Source: Acidobacteriota bacterium
Lineage (GTDB): Bacteria > Acidobacteriota > Blastocatellia > RBC074
Assembly (NCBI GenBank): GCA_016789645.1
Contig: JAEUQP010000041.1
Coordinates: forward strand, 1,570-65,569
DNA: 64,000 nt
Reading direction: 5' to 3'
The notes beneath the pieces were generated by a model that was not told the DNA's origin, searched no databases, and saw nothing but the letters and a program-made list of their open reading frames with translations. Within the stretch, counting starts at the first letter, position 1, and every line of letters begins with the position of its first letter. Both the position numbers and the translations under genes were made by a program. Shown piece by piece: positions 40,205-49,176 of this stretch.

Positions 40205-40915
40205 ATGCCTGTTGAATACACAGTCGCTGAATCGGTTCGGGATTTTGCCGATCAGCTCATCAAGAATCATCACCCGCACCTGACAAACGTCAAAATCGAA
40301 TACGTGTTTCGATCTCAAGCGGCGACCAAAAACGGCAAGGCGATTTGGGGCAGGGCAAAACTGGTAACCGGTTTGAATGCTTGGTTGGCGACGCCGATGA
40401 TTCAGCGATGGAACCGGCCAGAACCGTTCTTTTGTCTCGAAATTGCTCGCGATATTTGGAGCCGGCTTAACGAGAACCAGCAAAAAGCACTTGTAGACCA
40501 TGAACTGAGTCACTGCGACCGCGATCTGGATTCCGGCGATTTGACGATCGTCGGTCATGACCTGGAAGAGTTTGCGCATATTTTGCGCCGGCATGGTCTC
40601 TGGCATAGCGACGTAGAGATGTTTGCAAAGACAGGCGCTGAGCAATTGTCACTACTCTCAATCATTGAACAACGCGCCGAAACCGCCGATCTGGCCGAAA
40701 CGGTGACCATCCAGCGACTAAACGGGCAGTCGCTGACACTGTCACGGGAAGAATTACTGAGCGCGTTTTACAAACTGGAGGCTGAATCCAAACTCGGCAT
40801 TGTGCTGGACTCCAAACTCGGCACTGTGCTGGACAAGGTCACAGAGCGCATCAATAGCGGCTCACTGGATAGTGACAGTGTGACCGTCACTGCAAAGCGA
40901 ACTACTTCAAACTGA
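40205..40915 (+). CDS. Putative phage metallopeptidase (HExxH)
   Basis: VDHELSHC contains HExxH; architecture typical of phage 'putative metallopeptidase' proteins. Confidence 0.55.
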   Translation: MPVEYTVAESVRDFADQLIKNHHPHLTNVKIEYVFRSQAATKNGKAIWGRAKLVTGLNAWLATPMIQRWNRPEPFFCLEIARDIWSRLNENQQKALVDHELSHCDRDLDSGDLTIVGHDLEEFAHILRRHGLWHSDVEMFAKTGAEQLSLLSIIEQRAETADLAETVTIQRLNGQSLTLSREELLSAFYKLEAESKLGIVLDSKLGTVLDKVTERINSGSLDSDSVTVTAKRTTSN

Positions 40916-40929
40916 CAAGGAGTCCCTTT

Positions 40930-41448
40930 ATGAAAAGCTTGTTTTACTTATCCGAAGAGATTCAGGCACTGGAAGCTGAACTGGAGCGCGAAGACATAAC
41001 CGACGAGCAGCGCGTTGCATTTGTTGACGCCTGGCTGGCAACCCAGGGCGACCTGATTGTCAAGCTGGACAATTACGCGGCTTACATAAAGCAACTGGAA
41101 GCTCTGTCGGCTGCACGGGAAGAGGAAGCGCGCCGCTTGGCCGTGATGGCCGCAGCCAATCAAAACCGCGCCAATTCGCTTCGGGCACGACTGAAAACCT
41201 TTTTGGAAACACATGGCTACACCCGGTTTGAAACAGTTCGCTTCAAGCTGGCCGTGCAGATGAACGGCGGAAAAGTTCCGATCATTGTTCCGCCGGAATG
41301 GGAAACAGATCCGGCCAGCGCTCCGGAAGCCTTTCAGCGCCGGGAAATTCGCCTGGACAAAAACGCCATCCGAACGGCCATCGAAAACAGCGACGAGACC
41401 TACGGCGCACGACTGGGCGAACGAGAAACATCGGTCAGGATTCGATAA
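40930..41448 (+). CDS. Siphovirus Gp157-like protein
   Basis: N-terminal LYxLSEEIQALEAELE coiled coil plus a conserved C-terminal segment, as in the Sipho_Gp157 family. Confidence 0.55.
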   Translation: MKSLFYLSEEIQALEAELEREDITDEQRVAFVDAWLATQGDLIVKLDNYAAYIKQLEALSAAREEEARRLAVMAAANQNRANSLRARLKTFLETHGYTRFETVRFKLAVQMNGGKVPIIVPPEWETDPASAPEAFQRREIRLDKNAIRTAIENSDETYGARLGERETSVRIR

Positions 41449-41578
41449 AGAGCGGTTTTTCCGCGCGTGGAAGGCAGGTGTCTTGGCAGGTCTCATAAGC
41501 CCGCTTCAGGCCGGTTCAAGTCCGGCACGCGCAATCGAGACTGGATGACTTGGTTGAGCTTCAAGACGGTCTCCAAAA

Positions 41579-42550
41579 ATGTCCACGAACTCAACTGACA
41601 GCCAGGAAAGACTGGCACTCTTTGATCTAGCCAGGCCGACGGCCATTCGCTGTCAGCAGGCTTGCGACGCGCGTTTCAGTCTCCGGCGCGCGTCGCCTTC
41701 ACAAAACCTCACGGAGACGGTGCATGAGATGGGGAAACTTCCCGCAATACAATTTTACCCAGCGGATTGGCGCAAAGACCCAGGCGTTCAGTCGCTTTCC
41801 TTCCACGATCGTGGTGTTTGGTTAGAGATCATTTGCCTTATGCATGAATCGGAGCAGCGGGGCAGGTTACTTTTGAACGGCAAACCAATGCCGGATGAAG
41901 CCCTTGCGCGGTTGCTCGGTTTGGATAAGCAAATCGTAACCAAGACCATAAGCACACTTCTGGAATACGGAGTGGCCAGCATTGACCCGGAAACCGGGGC
42001 GCTGATGAATCGGCGGATGGTTCGAGACGAAAACCTTCGGGCTGTTCGGCAGGCGGCAGGGAAAATGGGCGGAAATCCGGCTTTGCTTAAGCAAAAAGAA
42101 ACCACCGGGGTTAAGCAAAAAGAAACCACCGGGGTTAAGCAAAACCTAACCCCTTCATCTTCATCTTCATCTGCATTTTCAATTACACAGACAGCAGGCG
42201 CGCACGAAGCTCCATTTTCGCCGGAATTTTCACCAGACGCAGAGCAGCAGACAGCGGCAATTGATGAAATCGCCAAACTCCTGTGCGATCTGCACGAAAT
42301 TCAGGACGGTTCCGGCTGGCTGCTTCGAGATAAATTTCAGGGACTGGCGGCGGAGCTGCATGGCGTGCAGGCGAACACACAGACAATTCGCGCATTCTGG
42401 AGTCATCGCCGCGTAAAACCACAGATCCAGTATTTTGTGCAGGATTTTATCGCCTGGCGCGCGGGTCAGAAAGGAAACCCCAATGGAAGCAATAAAAACG
42501 GCAATAGCAAACCTGCCGGTGACCGCTGGAAATCCGGCACGCAGTTGTGA
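41579..42550 (+). CDS. DUF1376-like phage replication protein with internal 8-aa tandem repeat
   Basis: FYPADWRKDPGVQSLSFHDRGVWLEIICLM matches the DUF1376 fYvgDW..d...L pattern; KQKETTGV x2 encoded by a 24-bp tandem repeat; alternative start at ATG 41729. Confidence 0.5.
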   Translation: MSTNSTDSQERLALFDLARPTAIRCQQACDARFSLRRASPSQNLTETVHEMGKLPAIQFYPADWRKDPGVQSLSFHDRGVWLEIICLMHESEQRGRLLLNGKPMPDEALARLLGLDKQIVTKTISTLLEYGVASIDPETGALMNRRMVRDENLRAVRQAAGKMGGNPALLKQKETTGVKQKETTGVKQNLTPSSSSSSAFSITQTAGAHEAPFSPEFSPDAEQQTAAIDEIAKLLCDLHEIQDGSGWLLRDKFQGLAAELHGVQANTQTIRAFWSHRRVKPQIQYFVQDFIAWRAGQKGNPNGSNKNGNSKPAGDRWKSGTQL

Positions 42551-43235
42551 CGTGTGCGGTGATTGCCAGGGAACCGGCTGGACGGTCGTCGTCGGCAAGG
42601 GGGCACGGCTTTGCGTCTGTCCGCTTGGCGAAGCGATTCGTTCCAAGCGAATCGTTGCTGCGCGGGAATTGCCGGTGAATACGCCGCCGCGCATGTTTGA
42701 GCGGTTTCGGATCGAAACCATGCTGCCGGACCCGGCGCGCCACGAAAAGCAGGTTGAACTGCTGGCACTACTGAAAACGAATCCGCGCCGCAGTGTGGTG
42801 ATGTTTGGGGCAAATTCGTTCGGGGTCGGAAAATCGGCGATTGGCTGGGCGCTCTACAACTCGGCAGTGCAAGCCGGTCGTCAGGCCGCTGGCGGCAAAT
42901 TGTCTTCCTTCGTGCGCATGATGCAGGCCTGGGAGATTGACGGCGTTGAGCCGGTCGTCAGGCCGTCCGATTTGCGATTGTGGGATTGCGGACTGCTCTG
43001 GTTGGACGAATTCGGCAAGGTGAAACCGAGCGAGTTCGCCACGCGCCAGGTATTTGATCTGATTGATGTGGCCTACGAAGAGCAACAGCAAATCGTTGTT
43101 GCCACCAATCTAAGCCGGGACGAGTTGAAAGAGTTTTGGGATTCACAAGGGACGCAGTACGGCGAAGCGATTCGCCGGCGGCTGTTTGATCGTTCCGATG
43201 TGATTGCCGTGGATTTTGGAGAGGAGAACGCATGA
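42483..43235 (+). CDS. DnaC/IstB-like AAA+ ATPase (helicase loader)
   Basis: Walker A GANSFGVGKS and Walker B LLWLDEFG; N-terminal Cys cluster. Confidence 0.7.
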   Translation: MEAIKTAIANLPVTAGNPARSCDVCGDCQGTGWTVVVGKGARLCVCPLGEAIRSKRIVAARELPVNTPPRMFERFRIETMLPDPARHEKQVELLALLKTNPRRSVVMFGANSFGVGKSAIGWALYNSAVQAGRQAAGGKLSSFVRMMQAWEIDGVEPVVRPSDLRLWDCGLLWLDEFGKVKPSEFATRQVFDLIDVAYEEQQQIVVATNLSRDELKEFWDSQGTQYGEAIRRRLFDRSDVIAVDFGEENA

Positions 43236-44137
43236 GTACTGAACTACAGGCTACTTTGTTTGATTACTCAAAGCTGGACGCGGAATCGCGCATTGTGATT
43301 CAGCAGCGCGCCGGCGAGATTAAGACGCTGGCCAAGCGAGTTGCCGGGGACATTGTCGAGATCGGCGGCAAATTGGCCGATGTGAAGGATCGGCTCGGCG
43401 GCAATGGCCGGTTCAGCGCCTGGCTGCAAGCGGAGCTGGGTTGGTCGGAGCGCACTGCCTACAACTTCATAGCCGTGCATGAAAAATTTGGCGCTGCAAA
43501 TTTTGCAATCGAAAACGTCGCGCCCTCTGCGTTGTATCTGTTGGTTGCTCCCGCGACGCCGGAACCGGCACGCCAGGCAGTGATTCAGATGGCCAACCAG
43601 GGCCAGAAAGTGACGCACAAAACCGCCAAGGTAATCGTCGAGGCGGCCAAAGAGGCCGAACCGAAGACGGCGGAAATGTTTCCGGAATCAGACGAGGCGC
43701 TGGATCCAGACGAAGCGAACGGGCAGGTTACAGCGGAGGAATTAAAGCCGGACGAAACCAGTCCTGTCTTGACTCCAGACCGGGTCGCAGAGCCGGAGCC
43801 ACAGCCAAAGCCGAAGGCGAAACCAGCCTCTGAAGCAGTAAGACCAGTCGCGACCAGCCAGACGCCATGGTCGAGTCAGCAGATCGTGATCGGCGTCACG
43901 TTGATGCCTGCTGATGGTGACCCTCGCGGTCGGCAGGCGATTGTTTCGATTCGCGCTGGCGACGGTTCGCCGACCATCCAGTCCAAGCGTTTACCAGATG
44001 CGCCTGGTCAATGGCCGCGCCCGATTGACGAAATGATCGAAACCTTCGCGTTTCAGTTGGCGGCAAAGCCGGAACCTAAAAAGCCGGCCAGCAAAAAGCC
44101 GGTCAGTAAAACCATGAAGAAAGGAGCAAAGAAATAA
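43232..44137 (+). CDS. DUF3102-domain phage protein
   Basis: LADVKDRLGGNGRFSAWLQAELGWSERTAYNFIAV matches the DUF3102 core; Pro/Lys-rich C-terminus. Confidence 0.55.
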   Translation: MSTELQATLFDYSKLDAESRIVIQQRAGEIKTLAKRVAGDIVEIGGKLADVKDRLGGNGRFSAWLQAELGWSERTAYNFIAVHEKFGAANFAIENVAPSALYLLVAPATPEPARQAVIQMANQGQKVTHKTAKVIVEAAKEAEPKTAEMFPESDEALDPDEANGQVTAEELKPDETSPVLTPDRVAEPEPQPKPKAKPASEAVRPVATSQTPWSSQQIVIGVTLMPADGDPRGRQAIVSIRAGDGSPTIQSKRLPDAPGQWPRPIDEMIETFAFQLAAKPEPKKPASKKPVSKTMKKGAKK

Positions 44138-44569
44138 ATGGCTACGATCAAAATGCCCGACAACCAAAGCTTTGAACTTGATGACGAAATCGCCGGCGAC
44201 GACGTGCAATTGCGCGCGGCGCTCTCTGCGGCGTATCCGGACGCGGCCAATGCGACATTTGAACGCTCCGGCGGCAAAGACAGCAAGCCGCTGGTGGTCA
44301 AAGTCGTGAAAAAAGCCGGAACCAAGGGGCTGCATGCTGCGATTTCGGAACTGCTGGCTGCGCCGGAGTATCAGAATCCAGCGGTGGCGATGCAGTGTCG
44401 AATCGCCGAGCGGGGCAGTCTTTCACATCTGGAAATGCTGGCGTTGAAGCCGGAAATCGAAAACGCCATAAAGACTGCCGAGGCTGATTTGCGACTTGCG
44501 GGCGACGCCGAGCGGGTGCTGGCCACGGCCCCTGCCGCAACCAGTGGTGCGATCCCGCTGGGATTTTAA
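44138..44569 (+). CDS. Hypothetical protein (possible beta-grasp/Ubl-like partner of the downstream cassette)
   Basis: 143 aa with strong ribosome-binding site AAAGGAG; N-terminal IKMPDNQSFELDD...VQLRAALSAAYPD...ATFERSGG resembles a beta-grasp. The Ubl assignment is speculative. Confidence 0.4.
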   Translation: MATIKMPDNQSFELDDEIAGDDVQLRAALSAAYPDAANATFERSGGKDSKPLVVKVVKKAGTKGLHAAISELLAAPEYQNPAVAMQCRIAERGSLSHLEMLALKPEIENAIKTAEADLRLAGDAERVLATAPAATSGAIPLGF

Positions 44570-44686
44570 CGAGCTTACGGGGCGTGGCTGGCTGGCCCGC
44601 ATTGCCGGTGGGTATATCACTTGCACTACTTGAACTGCACCAATCAGCCGCCGGCAAACAGTCGCGCCCTGTGAGGATTTACCAGA

Positions 44687-45502
44687 ATGAGCAACGCCGC
44701 GAACGCAATTCGATTTTTGGAAAGCCAAACAATGACGGCACATGCCGCCGTCGCGCGTCTGCGCGACACGCTGGGAGCGCTGACGCCGTTAAGCCTGTTT
44801 CAATATTACTTCCCAAAGGAATTCGCCATGCAACAAGTTTCCTGGCAAACCGGCGCGGGCGTGCGGGAAGCCTGTACTCGATTTGCCGAATTGGTGGATC
44901 TCCGATTGTTTCCGTGTTGCAGTCACTGGGACATTGACGAGGGCTGGGATGAATACAGCGGCGACATCGTATTTCTGGCTCCGTTTCCGGCCTGGTATGA
45001 CGAAGGTCGCGATCCGACGGAGCTGGGCCGATTGGAAGAGTTAGTTTTACTCCAGCTTGGTTACCTGGAGCGCCGCGGCGAAGAGATCGAGCACGTTGTT
45101 GACCCGGCGCGCAGCAAGCCAATCAATTTGGAGTATCTGGAGCAGTTATGCGACCGGAAGCGCAAGCCGGTGTGCTGGTTGCCCCTGGCTGTCAAATTCT
45201 TCCTGAAAACCACCCGAAATACCTGGTGCGACATAACCCAGGAGGAACTCGACAATTGCGCAGAATGGCCGACCTGGTCACTGGAAACAACCGAATGGCT
45301 GCGCAAGGAATGGGCAGAGGCGCAGGTGATTTCCAGTCGCGTCGCTCTCGTCGAAGAGTGGCTGGGCCAAAAGCCGGGCAATCAGCAAATCATCGAAACT
45401 CTGCTGCGCCAGGCGACCAACCTGCCCAAGGAAAAGCGCCAGCGCGTTCGGGTCACAAACGCGCCATTGATGAACGTGATGGAGGAGTTTTTTGATGAGT
45501 AA
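44687..45502 (+). CDS. Hypothetical Cys/Trp-rich protein, first gene of the coupled E2-like/JAB/E1 operon
   Basis: 271 aa; GAGGA ribosome-binding site; stop overlaps the next start (ATGAGTAA); no recognisable domain. Confidence 0.45.
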   Translation: MSNAANAIRFLESQTMTAHAAVARLRDTLGALTPLSLFQYYFPKEFAMQQVSWQTGAGVREACTRFAELVDLRLFPCCSHWDIDEGWDEYSGDIVFLAPFPAWYDEGRDPTELGRLEELVLLQLGYLERRGEEIEHVVDPARSKPINLEYLEQLCDRKRKPVCWLPLAVKFFLKTTRNTWCDITQEELDNCAEWPTWSLETTEWLRKEWAEAQVISSRVALVEEWLGQKPGNQQIIETLLRQATNLPKEKRQRVRVTNAPLMNVMEEFFDE

Positions 45503-46190
45503 GCATGCCAATCCAATTCGACCCGCAATTCTGGCTCCGATGGGATTGCGAGCCGACGCCGCGTTGTTTTTCGTTGAAAACGAAGTTGTGTTTCAAGGAG
45601 TCGGCGACGATGGCGTCGAGCAAATCAAATTCATCTCGCCGGCGACGCTGCGCGAGGCCTTCGCGAAAGAGCCGATGGATTCGGGCTGGCTGCCGCCGGG
45701 CGTGAACCGCTGCGGCAGCAGTGCAAAGGGCGATTGGATGTTGCGCTGGCACGAACCGGCAATTTACACGGTGCGACTGGAAGGTCGAAAACAGCCGCTG
45801 CGCGTGCCGATGCCGTCACTGATCTGGTTTGGCATCAAGCACAATTACTACATCTTTGCCGCGCGCGAAGCGAAATTCACGCCAAAAGCGGCGTTGTACG
45901 CCGCGCCGGTGGCCAATGTCAGCAGTCCTGGCCTGATTTGCTTTGGCAAGAATGCGCATCCGGATGTCGCCAAGGGAGGTTTTGAAAAAGCCTGGCGCAC
46001 GTTCTGGCAAGCGCCGTTTAATAACGATCACGACGACGGAAAATCAAAAACCTTTCCCAATGCCATTAACCAGCAGCTCCAGAAGCTCGCCAAAGAAAAA
46101 ACGAAAATCTATCCCGTGAAGGATTTGGTTTCGATGGGAATCACTCTGGAAGCTGCAATTCAACGCTTAACCCGGAGGGAACGATCATGA
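45495..46190 (+). CDS. Candidate ubiquitin-conjugating (E2-like) protein
   Basis: Assignment from operon position only (immediately upstream of JAB and E1, all start/stops overlapping); single plausible active-site Cys in GLICFGKNAHPD; GGAGGAG ribosome-binding site. Confidence 0.35.
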   Translation: MSKHANPIRPAILAPMGLRADAALFFVENEVVFQGVGDDGVEQIKFISPATLREAFAKEPMDSGWLPPGVNRCGSSAKGDWMLRWHEPAIYTVRLEGRKQPLRVPMPSLIWFGIKHNYYIFAAREAKFTPKAALYAAPVANVSSPGLICFGKNAHPDVAKGGFEKAWRTFWQAPFNNDHDDGKSKTFPNAINQQLQKLAKEKTKIYPVKDLVSMGITLEAAIQRLTRRERS

Positions 46191-46852
46191 CCCCACAAGT
46201 CGCCACGCAAAGAACTTTTTGTCCGACACAGTTAATTGAATACAAGACTGCCCGGCTGACTTCACAACCGCCGGAATGCAGCGGAGGGCTATTCGATTAC
46301 GTGTTCGCCGGTGATGGCGTGTACGTCCACGCAGCCCGGCCTGAACTGGAGGTTTGTTTTTGTGTCGAGCGGGCAACAGTGCGCGGGTTGCCGCCACTGT
46401 TGCCCGTGTTTGACTTCCGGCTGCCAAGAATTCCCGAAAGTTTTGTTTGTTCGATGATTCGCGACGCCAACGTCTGGGCAGAGCAGGGACTCGAAACCCT
46501 GTTTCACTTGTGCTGGTCGGACTTGGCGCTGATGGATGATGGCTGGGTCGGTTATGAGCCGGAGCAGGCGCGCACGGCGAAAAGTTGCCGACCATTTCAA
46601 GACGGCGGCAGTCATGATCGAGCCATCGTCGAGGTGCACTCGCATCATTCAATGGCTGCAAAATTTTCTCCGCAAGATGATGCCGACGAAACCGGTTTTC
46701 GGTTGTATGCCGTGATCGGCAGATTGCCGAACGCGCCGGAGATTCGCGTGCGTGTCGGGGTCTATGGGTATTTCTGGGAGATTCCGGCGTCCTGGGTGAT
46801 GGATTTGCCGGATGGCGTGCGGGGCTGTGAAATACAGGAGGTGGTGCTATGA
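46187..46852 (+). CDS. JAB/MPN+ (JAMM) metalloprotease, deubiquitinase-like
   Basis: Exact JAMM motif E...HSHHSMAAKFSPQD (HxHx7Sx2D); GGAGGGA ribosome-binding site; ATGA overlaps with both neighbours. Confidence 0.7.
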   Translation: MTPQVATQRTFCPTQLIEYKTARLTSQPPECSGGLFDYVFAGDGVYVHAARPELEVCFCVERATVRGLPPLLPVFDFRLPRIPESFVCSMIRDANVWAEQGLETLFHLCWSDLALMDDGWVGYEPEQARTAKSCRPFQDGGSHDRAIVEVHSHHSMAAKFSPQDDADETGFRLYAVIGRLPNAPEIRVRVGVYGYFWEIPASWVMDLPDGVRGCEIQEVVL

Positions 46853-47718
46853 GCGCAAAGCAAATTGATCTTTCGTTTGTTCACGCCGCAACTCTAATGC
46901 TGCCGGCCACCAACACCTGGAACATTGTTCTGGTCGGCTGTGGCGGCACGGGCAGTTGGCTGGCTCCCTCGATCGCCAGGATTGCGCGTGTACTCCAGGA
47001 GCAGGGTAAAACCGCCAATCTCTGGTTTGTGGATCCTGACACCGTCGAAGAGAAAAACATTCCCCGCCAAAATTTCTGCCAGGCGGAACTGGGGCAGAAC
47101 AAAGCGGCGACGCTGGCCGGCCGGTTGAGCGCGGCATGGGGCGTGGATATTCGCATCAGCCGGGAGCGATTCAATCCCGCCAGGATCAGCGGTTCGCAGT
47201 GGATCGGCTGGGATAGCGTGACGGTGGTGGTTGGCTGCGTGGACAACGCAGCAGGGCGCAATGAGCTGGCAAAGTCGCTTCAATACAACCGCGCAGGTGC
47301 TGCGCATCGCATCTGGTGGCTGGATTGCGGTAATGCCGAACATTCCGGCCAGGTGCTGTTCGGCTCAGCCGCGCAGTCGCGGCAACTGGCCGACGCCCTG
47401 GTGTCTCGCAAAATTTGCAAAGCGCTGCCGGCTCCAAACTTGGTCGCGCCGGATTTGCTGAAGGCTCGCCCGGAAGAATTAAAAACCAACCTGAGCTGCG
47501 CGGAAATCCAGCTTGCCAACGCGCAATCGCTGGCCGTGAATCAAATGGTCGCTGCCGTGGCGACTGATTACCTGACGCGCGTGGTTTTCGGGGGATTGCG
47601 CCGGTTTGCGACTTATTTTGATCTTGAAAGCGGCTCGATGCGGTCGCTGTTCAATACCGCCGACACTATCGGCCAATACACTAAACGCAGAGCGAAAGCA
47701 GAGCCGACACGAGTCTAA
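46849..47718 (+). CDS. ThiF/MoeB-family E1-like activating enzyme
   Basis: Rossmann motif VLVGCGGTGSWLA, ThiF motif DPDTVEEKNIPRQNF, Cys-containing motifs CVDNAAG and DCGNAEHSG. Confidence 0.75.
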   Translation: MSAKQIDLSFVHAATLMLPATNTWNIVLVGCGGTGSWLAPSIARIARVLQEQGKTANLWFVDPDTVEEKNIPRQNFCQAELGQNKAATLAGRLSAAWGVDIRISRERFNPARISGSQWIGWDSVTVVVGCVDNAAGRNELAKSLQYNRAGAAHRIWWLDCGNAEHSGQVLFGSAAQSRQLADALVSRKICKALPAPNLVAPDLLKARPEELKTNLSCAEIQLANAQSLAVNQMVAAVATDYLTRVVFGGLRRFATYFDLESGSMRSLFNTADTIGQYTKRRAKAEPTRV

Positions 47719-47733
47719 GCGGCTCTGCTTTTT
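47698..47733 (+). terminator. Rho-independent terminator closing the E1 operon
   Basis: GCAGAGCCG-acacgagtctaa-gCGGCTCTGC followed by TTTTT; the loop contains the E1 stop codon. Confidence 0.6.
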
Positions 47734-47741
47734 GAGGAGTT

Positions 47742-48161
47742 ATGGAAGCAATTATGGCACGAAGGGGCACATCGGTTCGGGTTTTGGGTTTGTCAAAATC
47801 CTTGCAAGTGAAATACCGGCGGGCGGTCGCGCTCAGTGGCGCCCGCTCGCAGTCGCAGCACCTGCTGAGCATGATTCGGCGCGCGATTTTGGAGGCGGAG
47901 CAGAAACATGGCGATTTACTGCACGCCTTGACGCCGGAAGAGCAGGATGTTTTGGGAGTGATCGAAGCCGGCGCGGCGGAAGTGTCACAAATCGCCGAGG
48001 AAACGCTTTTGACAGTGCGCCGCGTCGAACAGGTGCTTGATGAACTGATTGGGCGTGGCCTGGTGGAATCCCGGCGCAAAGGTGGAAAAACCGAAAGCGC
48101 ACGCGGCGCTGTCATTAAGCTGTATTTCCTAGCCGAAAATAAAACGATTCGATTGATATAG
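47742..48161 (+). CDS. Putative DNA-binding regulator (RHH-like N-terminus + wHTH-like C-terminus)
   Basis: 139 aa; LTPEEQDVLGVIEAGAAEVSQIAEETLLTVRRVEQVLDELIGRGLVE resembles a MarR/wHTH; own ribosome-binding site GAGGAG. Confidence 0.4.
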   Translation: MEAIMARRGTSVRVLGLSKSLQVKYRRAVALSGARSQSQHLLSMIRRAILEAEQKHGDLLHALTPEEQDVLGVIEAGAAEVSQIAEETLLTVRRVEQVLDELIGRGLVESRRKGGKTESARGAVIKLYFLAENKTIRLI

Positions 48162-48376
48162 TCAGGCCGCTTCAGCTCAGCCACCTCCAAGGAAGAAGCG
48201 TTGATGATCGAACACACGGATGCCGGTGAAGCGGCATTCGTGTGTTTAACACCTCGCCAAAAATAATCCAGCGAAAAAACCTACCCTTTAACGGTTGAGA
48301 CCCGATAGGCGTCGGGCTTTGGGCAATGGCTGTGCCGGGCTGTTGCGAAACAATTTCCCCCGCTCAGGTGTGAGCA

Positions 48377-48670
48377 ATGCAAATAACGGGTGGCAGGGCA
48401 ATGGAAGTTGGGCCGCATGATTGGCTGATTAAAACTGCGACCGGTGCAGTGTTGGGCGCAATTTTGATGCGTTTGTATGACGCTTTGAAAATGGTAAGCC
48501 GTGAAGACTTAAGCAAAGCCTTGGAAGACTTTTCAAAAAACCAAATTGCGCCGATGAAAGAGCGACAAAGCAAGTTTGATCTTACGTTGCAGGACATGCA
48601 GAGAGCTATTACGCAAACCAAAGAGATTGTCGTGCGTATCGCAACCAAACTGGAAGTGTCTCACGAATGA
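48377..48670 (+). CDS. Hypothetical protein (low-GC islet, gene 1)
   Basis: 97 aa; stop overlaps the start of the next gene; local GC is markedly below the window average. Confidence 0.35.
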   Translation: MQITGGRAMEVGPHDWLIKTATGAVLGAILMRLYDALKMVSREDLSKALEDFSKNQIAPMKERQSKFDLTLQDMQRAITQTKEIVVRIATKLEVSHE

Positions 48671-49176
48671 GTTTTGAAACCTGGCAAATTCTTGTTGGAT
48701 TACTGCTGGTCGTTGGCTTGTTTGTTGCCGTCTGGTTGGTGCAATCCGGGCGACTCGATGGACTTTTCGCGACCAGTGCGCTGACCCGGATCGAACGAGA
48801 CATCATTCGCAAGCTGGACGAAATTGCGACCGCCGAAAGCCGACAAAGCGCCGATCAAAAAGCCAAGCAGCGAGCGATCAACAAAATCGAGGTCAAAATC
48901 ATTGACCTGAAAAAAGAGCGATTGCTTTTGTTGCGCGAAATTGAAGAAGCAACTCGCCGCGACAAAGTTCGGCTTTCTGAATTGGAAGAGGAATTGCGAG
49001 AACTGCGAACCAGAGAGGCGTCGCTGATTAACAATACAACTGTCGAAATTCCCGTCAATGGTTTGGTTGAAATTCGACACAATGGACAGACAGCAGATGA
49101 AACCGTGATGGAATTTACGCCGGGGAGATTCAAAGCAAACAATGAACCAACAACAGAAGATTCAAGCGAAACGTAG
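48667..49176 (+). CDS. Membrane-anchored coiled-coil protein (low-GC islet, gene 2)
   Basis: N-terminal TM helix WQILVGLLLVVGLFVAVWLV followed by a long charged coiled coil. Confidence 0.4.
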   Translation: MSFETWQILVGLLLVVGLFVAVWLVQSGRLDGLFATSALTRIERDIIRKLDEIATAESRQSADQKAKQRAINKIEVKIIDLKKERLLLLREIEEATRRDKVRLSELEEELRELRTREASLINNTTVEIPVNGLVEIRHNGQTADETVMEFTPGRFKANNEPTTEDSSET

